64,000 nucleotides of DNA from Ginglymostoma cirratum (lineage: Eukaryota), in NCBI GenBank assembly GCA_024137785.1, contig JAHRHZ010000145.1, positions 35,729,435-35,793,434 on the forward strand. Reading direction: 5' to 3'. The stretch's first letter is position 1. Every line of letters starts with the position of its first letter. The translations under genes and the position numbers were made by a program. The notes below the pieces were generated by a model. That model was not told where the DNA came from. It saw nothing but the letters and a program-made list of their open reading frames with translations, and ran no database searches. Positions 37,999 to 51,590 of this stretch are shown in pieces.

Positions 37999-40900
37999 AA
38001 CCAGAACCAAAGTTGTTTGAAGAGTCTTTGGAAAGGTTTGATATACGTGTGACGGAGGCACCAGAGAACAAGACTGAAGAAGATAATGTTGATCAGCTGA
38101 TTGAAAACGAGATGGAGTCGTATTTTCCAGAATTTGCTGTAACAAGATCCACATTACAATTACCAAAAGTTTCAGCACCCCAAACATGTCCCAGAGGTTT
38201 TTCTTTACTTCCTTCCCCTGTTGAAATTAAAATAACTGCTCCAACCCCAACACCAGAGCAAGATGAGGAACGTAAAGAGTTACTGCAAGAAGATGAATTT
38301 GATTCCAAGGATTCATCTCAGGAACCGCTGTCACAGACTGCAAAGCATAAATTTACTTTCTCTTTTGACGTAATTTCTGAACCGCCACAAGTCGTGAAAG
38401 AACTAGATAGGATTTGTTGTGCAGAAGGAGAATCCGTAATGTTTGAATGTTTAATTTCTGGAGAGCCAACACCTGTTGTTTCATGGATCCAAAATGACAG
38501 AGTTTTAACTGGTGATAATAGCAAGCACCGATTTGAAGAGAGTGGAGGCAAATATAGATTGTACATTGAAACTGTCTCAGCATCTGATATGGGGAACTAT
38601 AAGTGTGTTGCTAAAAATAAAGCAGGAGAAGTACAAAGTATATCAAGTCTTACAGTACAGCCTGTAGTGCATAGTTTTATTTGCCATCTGAAGGATACTG
38701 AGTCATCTGATGAGGAAGCAGAGTTGTCAGTTAGCCGTTTTCTATTCAATCTAAGTAAAACAGAACAGGTTGAAGACATTGAGCAGCAAAAGCAATTATC
38801 AGTACAGGAAGGGCACAGGGATGCTTCTCCTTTATTTAGCATTAAAGAACAAGCACTTAATTTTATTCCTGAAGATGAAGGTTCTGTGACTTGCATTGGT
38901 GATGAATTTTCAAGTAAAGTTTCATCTTTAAGGGAAGGGAACAATAAAGCAAAACTGAGCTCATTGAATTCCTTTTCTGAAGAAGTTTCATCTTTAAGGG
39001 AGGAGGGTGATAAAAAATTCACAGATTCAGCAATGCCCTTTGGTGAATTTTCAAGCAAATGCTCATCTTCAGTGAAGGCTGGTAATAACATTGCCGCAGA
39101 CTTTGAACAGATAGATCAAAAAGTGTCAAATAACACAGTAGAAGAGACATGTTCTATCAGCGAATATTTACGGTCTTTTGATGCAAACCAGAAGTTATCT
39201 AAAGATTGGAAAACGGGAAGGGAAATAGAACAAAATGGGGACAAATGTGCCTCGGAAGGTGAAATGTATGAGGATAGCGTATTTTCAGAAAGTGTAATTC
39301 AGCAAGTCGCTAAAAGTAATGGGGCAGAAACAACAGAAAATGTGTCCAAGATGGAGTTAAGTGGTAACTTAGCATCTCCTAAACCTGACTATGATGTTAG
39401 TGTAGATCCAATAGGAACAACCACAAATAAAGATGAGGGGAGTGAAAATGAGGGGGTTTCAATTGCACAGTATCTCCTTTCCGCAAGACAGGAAGAAGCA
39501 CAGATTCACGAAGAGGCAAATAATGAGACATTTGGCTACGATGAATCTGGAATAACTTCGATGGAGGTTGAGGAAGTAACATTTGCTGCTGTTTATGACT
39601 ACTATAATCAAAATGAAGAGTGGACACGGTCTCTTTCTCCAGAATCTGAAATGTCGATTGAAATTAGCAGTACAATTAGTGATGATGTTTCGGAGAATGA
39701 AAGATTTTATACACCACCTTTGGCTTCTGAAAACTACCGATCTGCTGTGTCTGCAGAGGCTTTCCATACCCCACCTCAGTCTCCTGGCTATGCCACTCCT
39801 CCAGAAATATTGCCTTTACTTAATGTGGGTCGATCTTCTGGTGCTTTACTAGAGAGGTTTCATACACCACCAGAATTTTTCAGAACTCCAATAGACGAGG
39901 GTATTGAAACAACTCCTCTTGAGTCTGTAAGTCTTGCTACTGAAGAGCAAAGATCAGAGTTATTTTCCACACCACCACAAGAAACTGAAGCAAAAGGAAA
40001 TGAAATGCCACCTGCATTTATCAAACCTCTTGTTAGAAAAAGAATTCACGAAGGAGGCACACTTACATTTATCATTGAGGTAATTGGTTGCCCAACTCCA
40101 AATGTTAAGTGGTATAGAAAAAGGTCATTATTAGAGCCAAACCATAGAACTAGACTTGAGAGAGAGGGAGGTTTGTGTTTATTGGTAATCCATAGTATTC
40201 AGAGAGAAGATGAAGGAGAATACACTTGCAGTGCTGTAAACATCGTAGGGGAAGCCAAAAGTGTTACTCGGGTAGATGTTTTACCTCAGGATGGAAGGTC
40301 AATTGCATTGCCACTCCCAGTGACTCATCAACACGTTATAGAGTTTGATGTGCAGCAAGGCCAAACATCAAGGTCTCCTTCACCTCAAGAAATTCTTCTG
40401 GAAGTTGAACTTGATGAACATGAAGTGAAAGAATTTGAAAAACAGATAAAGATTGTTACAATTCCCGAATTCACTCCTGACAATAAAAACATGGTTATCT
40501 CCCTGGATGTTCTTCCTTTGATGATGTCTGATGAACATAACGTTGACTTTTTAATAAAAGATAATGAAGATGTGAAAATTGACTTTGAGGTCACAGAAAT
40601 GCCCCCACGATTTATTAGCCATATTTTTGACTTTGAGATTCCAGAAAACACTGATGCAGTCTTTGAATGCTCAGTAACAGGTATTCCTAAGCCTGAGGTA
40701 ATGTGGTTCAGAAATGATTCACTTATAACATTCGATGGCAAGAAATACATTAGAACAGATACCCCTAATCATAGTCTTAAAATAACCAATGTTTGTCCTT
40801 CTGACAGCGGCACATACACTTGCAAAATAGTGAATAGTGTTGGAGAAACAACATGTAGAGGCTATCTTACAGTAACAAATGCATGTATGGCACTGACAAA

Positions 40901-41510
40901 AGCAGGTGGTAGAGCTGTTGCTGCTATATCATTAACTCGTGCTCAGGAACGTCCCCAGGAATTAGATGTTGATATTGGTAATCCTTTACTGCAGAGCAAT
41001 CAGGGTTCTGAAATCGAGGTTGAGTTTGACATTGAACAAGGTAGAGATGATTCTCAGAAATCAGTGAAGCTCGTAGCCTTGACAGAGAATGCAAATGAAG
41101 ATAAAGGAGAGAAAAGTGTGAACATTAGTTTTGACGTATTTGCTGAGCCTGCCAAGGAGGAGACTATTCAATTTAAGGGAGAAGCTTCTGAAAACTGTTC
41201 ATTTGAATTTCAAGTGACAGAAACTCCTCCAAGATTTGTAATATCCCTCCTTGACTGTATCACCAGCATTGGGAGCATGGCATCTTTTCAGTGTGTTGTG
41301 ACTGGTACTCCAAAACCCAATGTGATTTGGTATATGAATGACCAAGTACTTGAAGATGGCAACTGCATCATTGAGGAAAAAGACTCTGGGCATCATTATT
41401 TGAACATTGCACATGTTACAGAAAGTGATGCTGGAGTATATAAATGCAAAGCTGTTAACAAAGCTGGGGAAGCAGTTTCAGAAGCAGTTTTAAAAGTGTT
41501 GTATTTGTAA
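37999..41510 (+). CDS. TTN: Titin novex-3, second (terminal) part: four Ig domains and stop codon
   Basis: ttttccag acceptor in phase 1; KHKFTFSFDV, ITSMEVEEVTFAAVYDYY, SPSPQEILLEVELDE motifs; ends TAA at 41508-41510. Confidence 0.93.
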
Positions 41511-41548
41511 AATAGTACTTTCTGAATGTCCTGTGACATAGTTTGAAT

Positions 41549-41554
41549 AATAAA
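41549..41554 (+). terminator. Candidate polyadenylation signal of the novex-3 isoform
   Basis: AATAAA 38 nt after the novex-3 stop, followed by T/GT-rich sequence. Confidence 0.55.
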
Positions 41555-44500
41555 AAATGATTTTTGTTTTAGATTTATGGTACATTTATGAATTTGCTCA
41601 TTTCAAACATGAAAATTGAATTGGTCTTACTGAACGGAACATTTATATCTTCTTAATTGATGTTCCTGAAAAGATGGGTCATTTATAGTGGATGTATGTT
41701 GATTTAAAGCAATTTTACTGTGCAGTGGTTTCTCAGTAGTGGAGCTTTGATTTTATTATGATTGATGTATTAGCTGGAAAACAACTATTGCAAAAATAGT
41801 GATTGTTTGGAATAGGAATTTAAAATGGCCTGGCTGAGGTCAAACATAGGATTATGATAAATATTGATATCTTGAGGGGTTTTATATCAAGCAGGTTAAC
41901 CAAGACTGACTTGATAGGCATATTTATACTGAAAACATAATGTCCTATCTATGCAAGTGGTTATGCTAAAGGCCAAACCTGTTGAATTAGCATGATAACT
42001 TTGAAGGAAACTTAATGAAGGTCCTCAACCTGCTTGTAATTAATATTTTGCCTTTTTTTCCAAGTATGTCACCTTTTGATTATGACTTTCCCCAATTAAT
42101 TGTATTATCTGCTTTCAAAAACACTGTCTAAACTCCTCTAAAATTGTTGTAGTGATACAGGAAAATTCTGTCATTCTGAATTCCTTTCTTTTACCCCAAT
42201 ACCTAGCTTCTGCATGAAGCTGTGTCTGACAACTCAGTTGAGTTGCACAATTCTCTACATGCAGAGGCCCAGGAACTAATGTCAACAGAGGTTTGCATTC
42301 AAACACAGATTCTTCAGTGATAGGTACCAGCGATATGCTTTTTGGAGATACTTACTTCATACTGCATGCATGTTTTTCGTTGAAAGATTAATCAAGATAT
42401 TGAAATACTTTAAAGAGAGTATTTATCCCAATTGGTATACAACCACTGAATATTTTTGTTAACATTTAACCTAACTGAAGATGTGAACTGACATACAAAG
42501 ATCGTTAACTCTTTGAATGCTATAATTCTTCACTGTGCAATTATTTCTTGGTGCATGTTGGCTTGAAAATTTAGTTAAGAGGAAATACAGAGCGAAAAAA
42601 TATTTTCCAGATCCTACTTTACAGTTTTCAGAAGTAAATGTGTAGTTTGACAGTAGTACTGAGTATATTGCAGAGTCCTGTTTGATGCAAAATGCATTTG
42701 ACTAATTGACACTCAAGACTAGCTCACACAAGTAGCTCAAGTTGTTGAGTTACAAAACCAAATAGCTGAAATGTTTAGAGTTGTCCTTTCCTGCTTGGTA
42801 TCATTACCGATTTGGACAAAGGTGCAATTTAGGAAATGTTTTAATTTAGGCTAAAAAAATTCATGTGAGTGATCCTAGAGTAAATTCACTAAACGCACTC
42901 ATATGGCATTCCTCTGGCCAATTTTTTAATTAGGATCATTAATCCCAATTATTTACTGCTGCAGTGCCACAATGAAAATCCCCTGAGCAAAGTCAGATAA
43001 GTGTTTTAAACAATTATTTGCTCACATCATGAACATCAATTTCTTTCCTAATATTTTACTGTTGTATAATTGGTGCTGATAATTTTGAGCTGTGTGAAAT
43101 TATCATCTCTGGAAACTGCCTAATACTTTGGAAGGAAGACAAAGCTGAGGGATTGTGATAGAGGAAGCTGAAAATGATACCAATTGTCATATGAAGGACT
43201 AGGATGCATACTTTCATGATTATTAGTCACAGTTCTTGATTGGATATATCAGGACAAGAACTATTGCAGTAGACATGACAGAATAGTTGTGTTGGTTATG
43301 ATTCAGAGGATTTTTATTTGTAGGTTGACTTCATTTATTATATGCTTCTGTTTTTATTCATTATTTGCTTATTTACTTTTAGATCCCTCTTGTATTTACT
43401 GTTTCTCAGCAAATGTAGAAGAGAAGTATCTGGCCCCAGAATCTTTTAACCAGAAAGCACATAGAGCCCACTCAACTCTTTTCATAAATTTCTTATCGTG
43501 TAAATCAGAACATCCTTGGCATTCCTCATTCGTCGTATGTTATCTTTTTCAATTGAGCTCAGAAACTTGTATCGGGAATTCCCATATAGAAACCACATCA
43601 TGTGACATAGTTCATTGGAGCACCTATGTGTTACATCAGCACACAGGTTGGACGTTCAAAATTTGGTCTATTTATTGTGCGCTTGTCATTCTATTGTTAA
43701 TTTTAATGGCGTTGCTTGGAGGCCAAGAGGGCTTGAGAGATTGTTCAGGTTCAGGATTAAGAGTACACTCGACAGAGGTGCAGAACTTACTGATGCGTAT
43801 TACCAGAGTTGCTTCTGGATGAAGTAGTCTGTGTGGCACAATAGATCTTGATGTAGTGCTGAGAAAGATTATCCAGTCTGTCAGGTAAATCTTTTGAGCA
43901 GTTTCCATAATTATGGAAGTAGAGTAATAAGAACATATATTCATTGTGTCCAGAGATTACCACCATGACATAATATGGATGATTTCAGAGTTATAGTAAA
44001 GCTACAAAGGAAACTGAGTTCTGTGGTGAGTTTGCAAATAATCATATTCTATGTTTGTGGATCATTATTTTGATTATCACTAGCATTTTGACATTTGCTT
44101 TCTAATTTGTTAATTATACATTAAAAATGTATAATTTCCATTGTAGTCAATGTTTAATATTTGTCCAACACGTATAAATTACTTGGTTATGAAGAATAGA
44201 CTCTAGTGGTTTGAATGCTACAAATTCCAATTCTTTTTCAAAATTATGTCCTTCATGCCATAAACATAAATTAATATTTTGGTCACTATGTTTATCAGTT
44301 ATGTTTTCACAAGTACAACTATCTGGTTGTGTGAAAGCATAAGTTGTCTTCCATGATTTACTTGCCCCATTTGACATGATTTAAGACATGATGTAAGACA
44401 TGATGTTTGGGAAAAAGGGGTTAGACTTCCATCTTTTATGAGAAGTTGCTTAACACAGACATCATTCATTCCTTGTACAGGTTTCTGTTGCTGTATACTG

Positions 44501-44757
44501 TGAATATATCATGTTCTGCTGCTGTATTGAGTAGTGAATGATAGTACTTCTGGTTTTATTTTCAAGTAATAATGCGATTGATACATAAGGCATAATTTCT
44601 TTCACTTATCTCTTAAAACAAAAGAGCTATTCCAAAGATATGGCTCCACAGGTAGTAAAGGTCATTTCACAGTGGTCTGTGAACATTGTTAAATCATTTG
44701 AGTGTGGAATCAACATGGTAAATGTTATCCTGCACTTAAGAGATGTCCACAAAAGCT

Positions 44758-45469
44758 AGGCTGAATTTATCAGGCCCTGAGTGACAACAAGAGGTGAGGA
44801 AATGGGTGAGGTTAACTGGTAAAGTAGCAGGGAGTTATGTTAGCATGACTGTCTTTGATTGTCCTGCTGCTAGGAAAGTTTTACATTGGCGAGTTGCAGA
44901 ATGTGTTACTATCTACTCCATGGAGGGAGATGTTCAATGACATAATTTAAGGGTTCAAGTGTGAACTAATTTATGGATCTGCCAGCATGTATTGTGCCTC
45001 TTTCATGGGTCCACCAGCTTCATGGAGATGGCTATACTGAATTAGCATAGTAATGAGGCAGATGCATCATAGCCCGAGGGTCAATGCCCCAGTAGGCTCG
45101 AAAGACAACCTCCACATACCCAAAGATCCATTGACGAGTTTTCTCTGCGATTGGTGTGGCCTATCTCCCTCAGCCATCCAGAATTTTAGTTTTCGCTTGA
45201 GGGTCTGAGGTTCCTGTATATCCAGGGGTCTTATTGTCCCTCAGCAGCGGTGGCCTCACACAGTGTATTGTTGGGACTTCAGGTCTGCTAGTCCAGTGGC
45301 CCGGCAACATCAGGAAACCGGCCACCCACTATTCATAATTAGATGGTGGACCCTCAAGTACAGCCAATTGAAAGATTGCCACCAGTAAAAATCACTGAAC
45401 CAGTCCCATCTTTGCAAGTGGGTTTCACCCTGAAGTTAGGGTCCCAAAGACAACCGTAAAATTCAGCCT
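44758..45469. mobile_element. Putative non-autonomous Harbinger/Tourist-like MITE
   Basis: Perfect 11-bp terminal inverted repeat AGGCTGAATTT...AAATTCAGCCT enclosing a GC-richer island. Confidence 0.5.
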
Positions 45470-46486
45470 TACGTTCTTTATGGATTGCTAGACAGCGATC
45501 ACGAACAGGAACTCCTGATTTTCTTTTGCTATTGCCTGAGGATGTTAAAGCCAATGTCAGGACATCATTGCTACTAAGTTAAGAGCAGATTAGCAGGGAT
45601 CAGGCTTTGAGTGGAATGGTGCTACAGAAGTGTTGCATCTATCCTCCGAACCACTGGACCAGGCCCTAGCTTATTAAGTTGCTTTTAAAACATGTAAACC
45701 AAGGTTCACTATTGGTTTGACAACATTGGGTTTCCAAAAGATTAACAGGGTTTACAAATGATATCTGGGTTATTTTTCAGTCTGAAGCTTAGCAGTCTAT
45801 GAAACTCTTTGTTTTGATAGTGTTGTTAATAAAGTAAAAGTAGGAAGACATTTTATTTCAGCTCGCTTATGATACAAATACTGCTCGAATATGATTTATT
45901 TGATTGAAAAATATGTATTTCAGTAACAGAATAAAGTTTATATTAGAAATTATTTGAGCCTTAAGACAATTTTTAACATGCAATACATTTTTTGTGCGGT
46001 AATAAATTGTATCAACGTGCCTCTCCTGGAATGTCGTCATGGCAGAATGTATCTCCACCAGCAGCAAACATCAAACTGCAAAGTCCCTTTTTACTCACTT
46101 TGATTAGGAAATGGAGAATATAGATTTGACATTAAAATTATCTGTAAATAATTGTTCTGGTTTTTCAAAAGTCACACATTTAGCACCAACAAATCTCAAT
46201 AAAGTTGAAGTTAAATAGTTCAATTTTAGTTTGAAACATGACAGCAAGTCTTTATTTATGTAATGAGATGTTCAAAGTAGCAGAAAAACACCATCCTGCC
46301 TTTTCTGACTATTTCTATCTACTTTGGATCGCAGACTATTATAGAAACTGTATTTGTATTATTTTGAAGCAACTTGAGTTTATCATGCAAACATCTTATC
46401 ATTATATTTTGTAATTTTCTTCTAATTTCCAGTATTACTCACATTCAATACGTTTTCTAAAGTTAAGCATCTTATTTTTTATACAG

Positions 46487-49400
46487 AATTTTCTAGCTCT
46501 GTTACCATTGCTGCTGAAGATAAGAGGGAAGATTTCTACAGTAGTGAACTTCATGTGTCAGACAAAACATTTGAACTCAAGCCTGAAACTGCGACCCTTT
46601 CTAGCGTTTTGGAAATAACCACTGATGCTAAGCCTCTACAAACAGTGCCAGTATTCATTAAGCGCATTTCTAGTATAGAGGTAGTTGTGGAAGATGTAGC
46701 TAAATTCTCTGTCACTGTTACTGGATTCCCAAAGCCCTCTATTCAGTGGTTTCATAACAGTAAAAAATTGACTCCTTCGTCAAACTTCAAATTTGTTTAT
46801 GATAGGGATGAATATAGCCTAATCATACCTTATGCAAAATTTACAGATGAGGGAGAATATAGTTGCTCTGCTACTAATACACTTGGAGAGACTTCATGTA
46901 GTGCATACCTGAAGATCAAACCAAAGGAAGGGTTTAAGAAATCTTCTGCAAAGCCCCCACTTGCAAAATTAGCAGATAGAAAAATGCCAGTGATGCCAAC
47001 AGAAATCATACATCCACCTAGGGGTCAGCCACCACATTTTTTCCAGGAACTTAAGTCTTTGCAGTGCCCAGAAGGCCTGCCCGCTGTATTTGAGTACGTA
47101 GTGATAGGCGAACCAATACCAGAAGTTTTTTGGTACAAGGAAAACAACCAAATTCATCAGAGTTTGCATTGCAGCCTTAGTTCTAACTCTGACGGCTCTG
47201 GTTCATTAACTATTAATAAAGCACAGAAAGAGGACAGTGGCTTGTATTTCTGCAAAGCATTTAATCAGTTTGGGGAAACAACTTGCACTGCAGAGCTAAT
47301 TGTGTTCAGTGGTACGTTTGTTACCACTGAACATACAAAACAGGAAGTTGCTCATAAGCAGACATATAAAAAGTCTGTAAGTGACCATGCCACAGAGTCA
47401 CGTCTGTTCATGGTAACATTGCCTGGTGATGCTCAGGCTGAGTTACAAGACAGAGATCAACTGGTCTATACGATAGCTTCTGAAGATAAACATTCTGTTC
47501 ACAGTGAACAGACAGGCATGTTGCATGAGGTAACAGTCTCTGCTGCTGAAGCAACAATTGCAGGGAAGAGTCAGATAGTAATGCATTCACAAACTACTCA
47601 AGAGAGTCTAGGATATGTAGAGCAACATTATGAACCTATTAAAAGTCCACCAATACTTGAATTGTCAAGCACTGAAGTACGGTTAGACGCTGCCCTTCGT
47701 TTGCCCACAGTTGAGGAGCAAACAGTCATTCCGAAGGAAAGTAGCTTTAGCATTAGAGATTCACCTACTATAACGGCTAAAACAAAAAGAAAAGAAACAA
47801 GCATCTTATCTGAGGAAAAGCATCTAATTCCTAGCTCCGGGACTTCAACTCTTGACATTGTAGAAAAAGAAATATCAAAAACAGAGCCTGCATATCCTTT
47901 ACACAGGTACAAGATTGAGGGACATCAAGAACCTCCCAAAGAAGCATTGTTTGCTTTTGAAATTCCCGACGGACAGAAATGTGAAATACAAAGAGAAAGA
48001 AAAATGGAGGTTCATACAGCCGTAGCAACAGAGAACAAAAGAGTAAGACATGAAATGACAAAAGACATACAAACATTAGATGCAGCAAGAAAGGCAAAGT
48101 TGTCAAAGGAGTTGCCAAAACCATTCTTGACGTCTGTTACTGAAAGCCAGAAATCACTGCCAAAGGAATCTCTGTTTGAAGTGCAAAATGGTGACATACG
48201 GCAAGCTTCCTTGATGAAAGATAAGTTTGTTAAAACTGCTTTAACTACAGAAGAAAAGCAACAGCTCATGGGTGAACATGCTGATATAATAATTGGTTTA
48301 GATAGTGCAATCTCAATAACGTCAAAAAAAGAAGAAAAGAAACCTTTGCATTTACAAATTGTGCAGGGACAGGACACTCTGCCCAAAGAGACAACTTTTA
48401 CTTTTGAAGTACCTATAGAAGAGAAAGCTGACACCAGAAGAAGCCCAACTTTGCTACATTCCTTACTATCAGAAGAGCAACATCTTATACCTCAAGAACA
48501 TACAACTCCGTTATCTGATGCAAAAGATACCACAATAATTAAACCTACAAAAGAACATATGCCTATTTTTTGTCCTCATTCTGTGATGACTGCATGCATT
48601 CTTCACAAGGAAGATCTTCTACCTTATGAGAAACCAGCTACTCGTATGGCAGGACACAGACTTGAGAAAGCATATAGCTATGCTGCTGTTGTAGAAGAGA
48701 AACCAGAATTGCTAGCTGAACAAACTAAAATGCTTGTAATGGAAATTAAAAGTTCAAAGGCTGAAGCCAAAACTGAGCTTCTGCCACAAGAGTCTCTTCC
48801 ATCTGTAACTGTACCAATGCACATAGCAAAGGAGAAAATGCTTACCATTGAGGGTAAAGAACAGCGTGCAATCATAAATAAATTGGATGACACAGTCAAA
48901 CAGTTCAGTACTATAACCGAGAACAAGGTAGTGGAAGATGGTTCTGTTGCCATGTTTGAAGGCTTAGATGCAGCAAGCTGTGAAGACAAATATGAATCGA
49001 AACTCCCTTCAATTTCTGTTCAGGTTAAAGAAAAGCCTGTAGCTATTGAAAGCACCACAATGTTAGAAGCTGCAGAAAAGGATTTTGCAGCAAGAATCCA
49101 ACAGGGACAGTCAGTAAGATTTCCATTGTTGCTTCAAGAAAAACACCTCATTGAAGAAGAACATTCTTCAGCAATCGCAAGATCGGAAAGGAAAGTTCTA
49201 AAGGTAGAAAAGCAACCAAAAGAGAAATTTCTCACTCATGTAATACAAGAAAGTGAGGTACTCCAAAAAGAAAAAGTACTTAATGTTGAAGTTCCCCAAG
49301 CAGCCACCTTAGATGTTGGTGTACAGATTAGAAAAGCATTGCAATCTGCTCTGGCAAGTGAGCAATGTGTTCTTTCATCTATCTCATTGGGTGGCATAGA

Positions 49401-50347
49401 AGAGATGGAGATTAAGGAATTAAAAGTTCAAAAAGAACCCAAGTGCATTTTATATACATATCAAGTTACTAATGTCAATCCTCCAATAGACATAACTCTG
49501 TCATTTGAAGGAGAATATCCTCAGAAAGCTGACTTAAGAAAAGAATTGACAGCTGCTTTCCATGCTATTACTCATGAACAATGGCGTGCTTTTCTGGCTG
49601 AACAACTGGATACAATCCGTCCACCAACTGATATGTTAGAAAAATTACACATTAGCATTACTCCTGCTAAAGAGATTTTCTCACCTGAGGCTGTCACCAT
49701 TTCTGAAAGCACCTTTGAGGCCGGGATGCAGTTGACTGAACAGAAACTCCAGACAAATGTTACAGTTTCCCAAGATTATTCTGTAATCTCAAAGAAGGCA
49801 GCTGTTCAAGAAATGACAACAACCACTGAATCAGAGGGTTTTACTCAGGATTTTAAATCTGTGGAAACTGTTGAAGAAGTGACAATAGTGAGTCACATGA
49901 GAGATGTTGGTGGTACAATAATTACTACAGATGCCCCTTCAGCACCTGTTCCAATCGAACAGCCAACAGAAATTCTCAAAAAAGAGAAGGAAATGGAAGA
50001 AGTTATAGGTACTCATATTTCTAAACCAAGAAAGCTAGGTGAAACACCAATAAAGCCCCCCAAAGACAAACCAGTAATTGTTAAAGGACTGACAGACATC
50101 ACTGTTGATGAAGATAGTGAAGTAAAGTTGAGCACAGTCATAACTAAAGTTAACAAGGTAAATTGGTATATCAATGGGAAACGAATCACTTCAAAAAATG
50201 AGTTCAAATGTTTGCAAGAACGTGACACTTACTCACTTATAATCAACAAAGTACAGAAAGAGGAGCATCAAGGAGAATATGTCTGTGAGGCACTGAATGA
50301 AGCTGGAAAAGCAACTACTTCTGCAAAACTCACAGTTATTATAAGAG
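46487..50347 (+). CDS. TTN: Titin N2B exon (I24, I25, N2B unique sequence, I26; human exon 49 equivalent)
   Basis: tacag/gttgga, 3861 nt, phase 1-1; EFSSS start, KALQSALASEQ, and FKCLQERDTYSLII...HQGEYVCEALN of I26. Confidence 0.95.
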
Positions 50348-51311
50348 GTTGGATTATGGGGATAAAATCTTTGTTAATATAAACTTCAAAAGCTAATATA
50401 AACTAACTGCGTAGTAATTTCTCAAAACCCAAATCAGTTTACTATAACAAATTAACATGACTAGATACCTCCTTTTGCTCCTTCCCTTCCTTCCTGTCTT
50501 CCTTCTTTCCTTCCTTACTTTAAAAGTAAAAGAATGGTTGCATAACCTAGTTGTCTATCTACTGTGCAGTCAAAGCCTGAAAAGATTGTATCAGTTTATT
50601 CCATGAATATTTAACAAGTTGTTAAAAATTAGCATCATTACTTTAGAAAGAACGTTTCAGCTGATTTTGTGTTAATTTAAATGAAAATCCATTCCGATTT
50701 GATGTAATCTTCACATGCTTTCACTGCTGATAATGTGTAACTTTGAAAGCTTAATGCTATGTTTAAACCTTACTGTGAATATATTTTCTTTATTGCCCTC
50801 GGTACTTTAACATTACCTATTAATTCGCATCAGCCATGGTATTTTAAATTTCTACTAACTGACATAATATTCTTTTCATCCCCATATCCACATCTGAAGA
50901 GTTGCTGAATTTTATCATTGTCACCACTTTTGTCATAACGAAAAGTCAACTGAACATTGCATTTCTTCCTAAACCTTAATATCACCTTTTATCATCTACT
51001 TTTTTCTAGGAAAAAAACATTTCATAGATGTACCAATTATTTGCATGCTTCTGGGCACCACACATGTCAATAAATCGTGAATTTCATTCATTGAATTCTT
51101 ACCATTTATTGTGTTGAGCACAACTACTGGTCAGCTAACATCTGTTAACAATCATTTCTTCTCCACAGTCACCCTTTGGATTGTTAGTTTCTTTCACCCT
51201 CCCTCCACCATCCTTGAGCTTCCGAGGGCCATGTCTAGAACCTGTGCTAAAGAAATATGGTTTACTGTTGCTATCTTCTCACAATTTTTAATTTACATTT
51301 TAAATCTGTAG

Positions 51312-51590
51312 TGCCTCCATCTTTTAAGAGGAAGGTCGAATCACTGGAGGTGATAGTTGGGCAGCCTACTCAGTTTGAATGTGAAGTTGACCCCATTCCT
51401 GATGTAAGGTTCCAGTGGTTCCGAGCAAGAGCTGAACTTCGTGACAGTGAAAAGTACAGCATTGTGACCGAGAAATATACCTCCATCTTGAAACTTTTGA
51501 AACCCCAGCTAATTGACTGCGGTGACTACACGTGTAGAGCATCAAACAGGTGTGGCAGTGTGAGCAGCACAGCTAAACTGATTGTGATTG
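51312..51590 (+). CDS. TTN: Titin exon, Ig I27 (human exon 50 equivalent)
   Basis: gtag/gtaagt, 279 nt; PPSFKRKVESLEV...VRFQWF. Confidence 0.95.

Noticed and set aside
43289-43822. 177-aa + strand ORF between novex-3 and N2B
   Set aside because: No Ig or titin-like motifs, composition typical of AT-rich intron, no convincing splice sites.
33536-50228. Many 60-190-aa minus-strand ORFs overlapping the giant exons, as a possible antisense gene
   Set aside because: Expected shadows of long coding sequence; no coherent spliced structure.
50470-50520. (CCTT)n-like pyrimidine tract downstream of N2B
   Set aside because: Short, imperfect low-complexity sequence with no supportable function.
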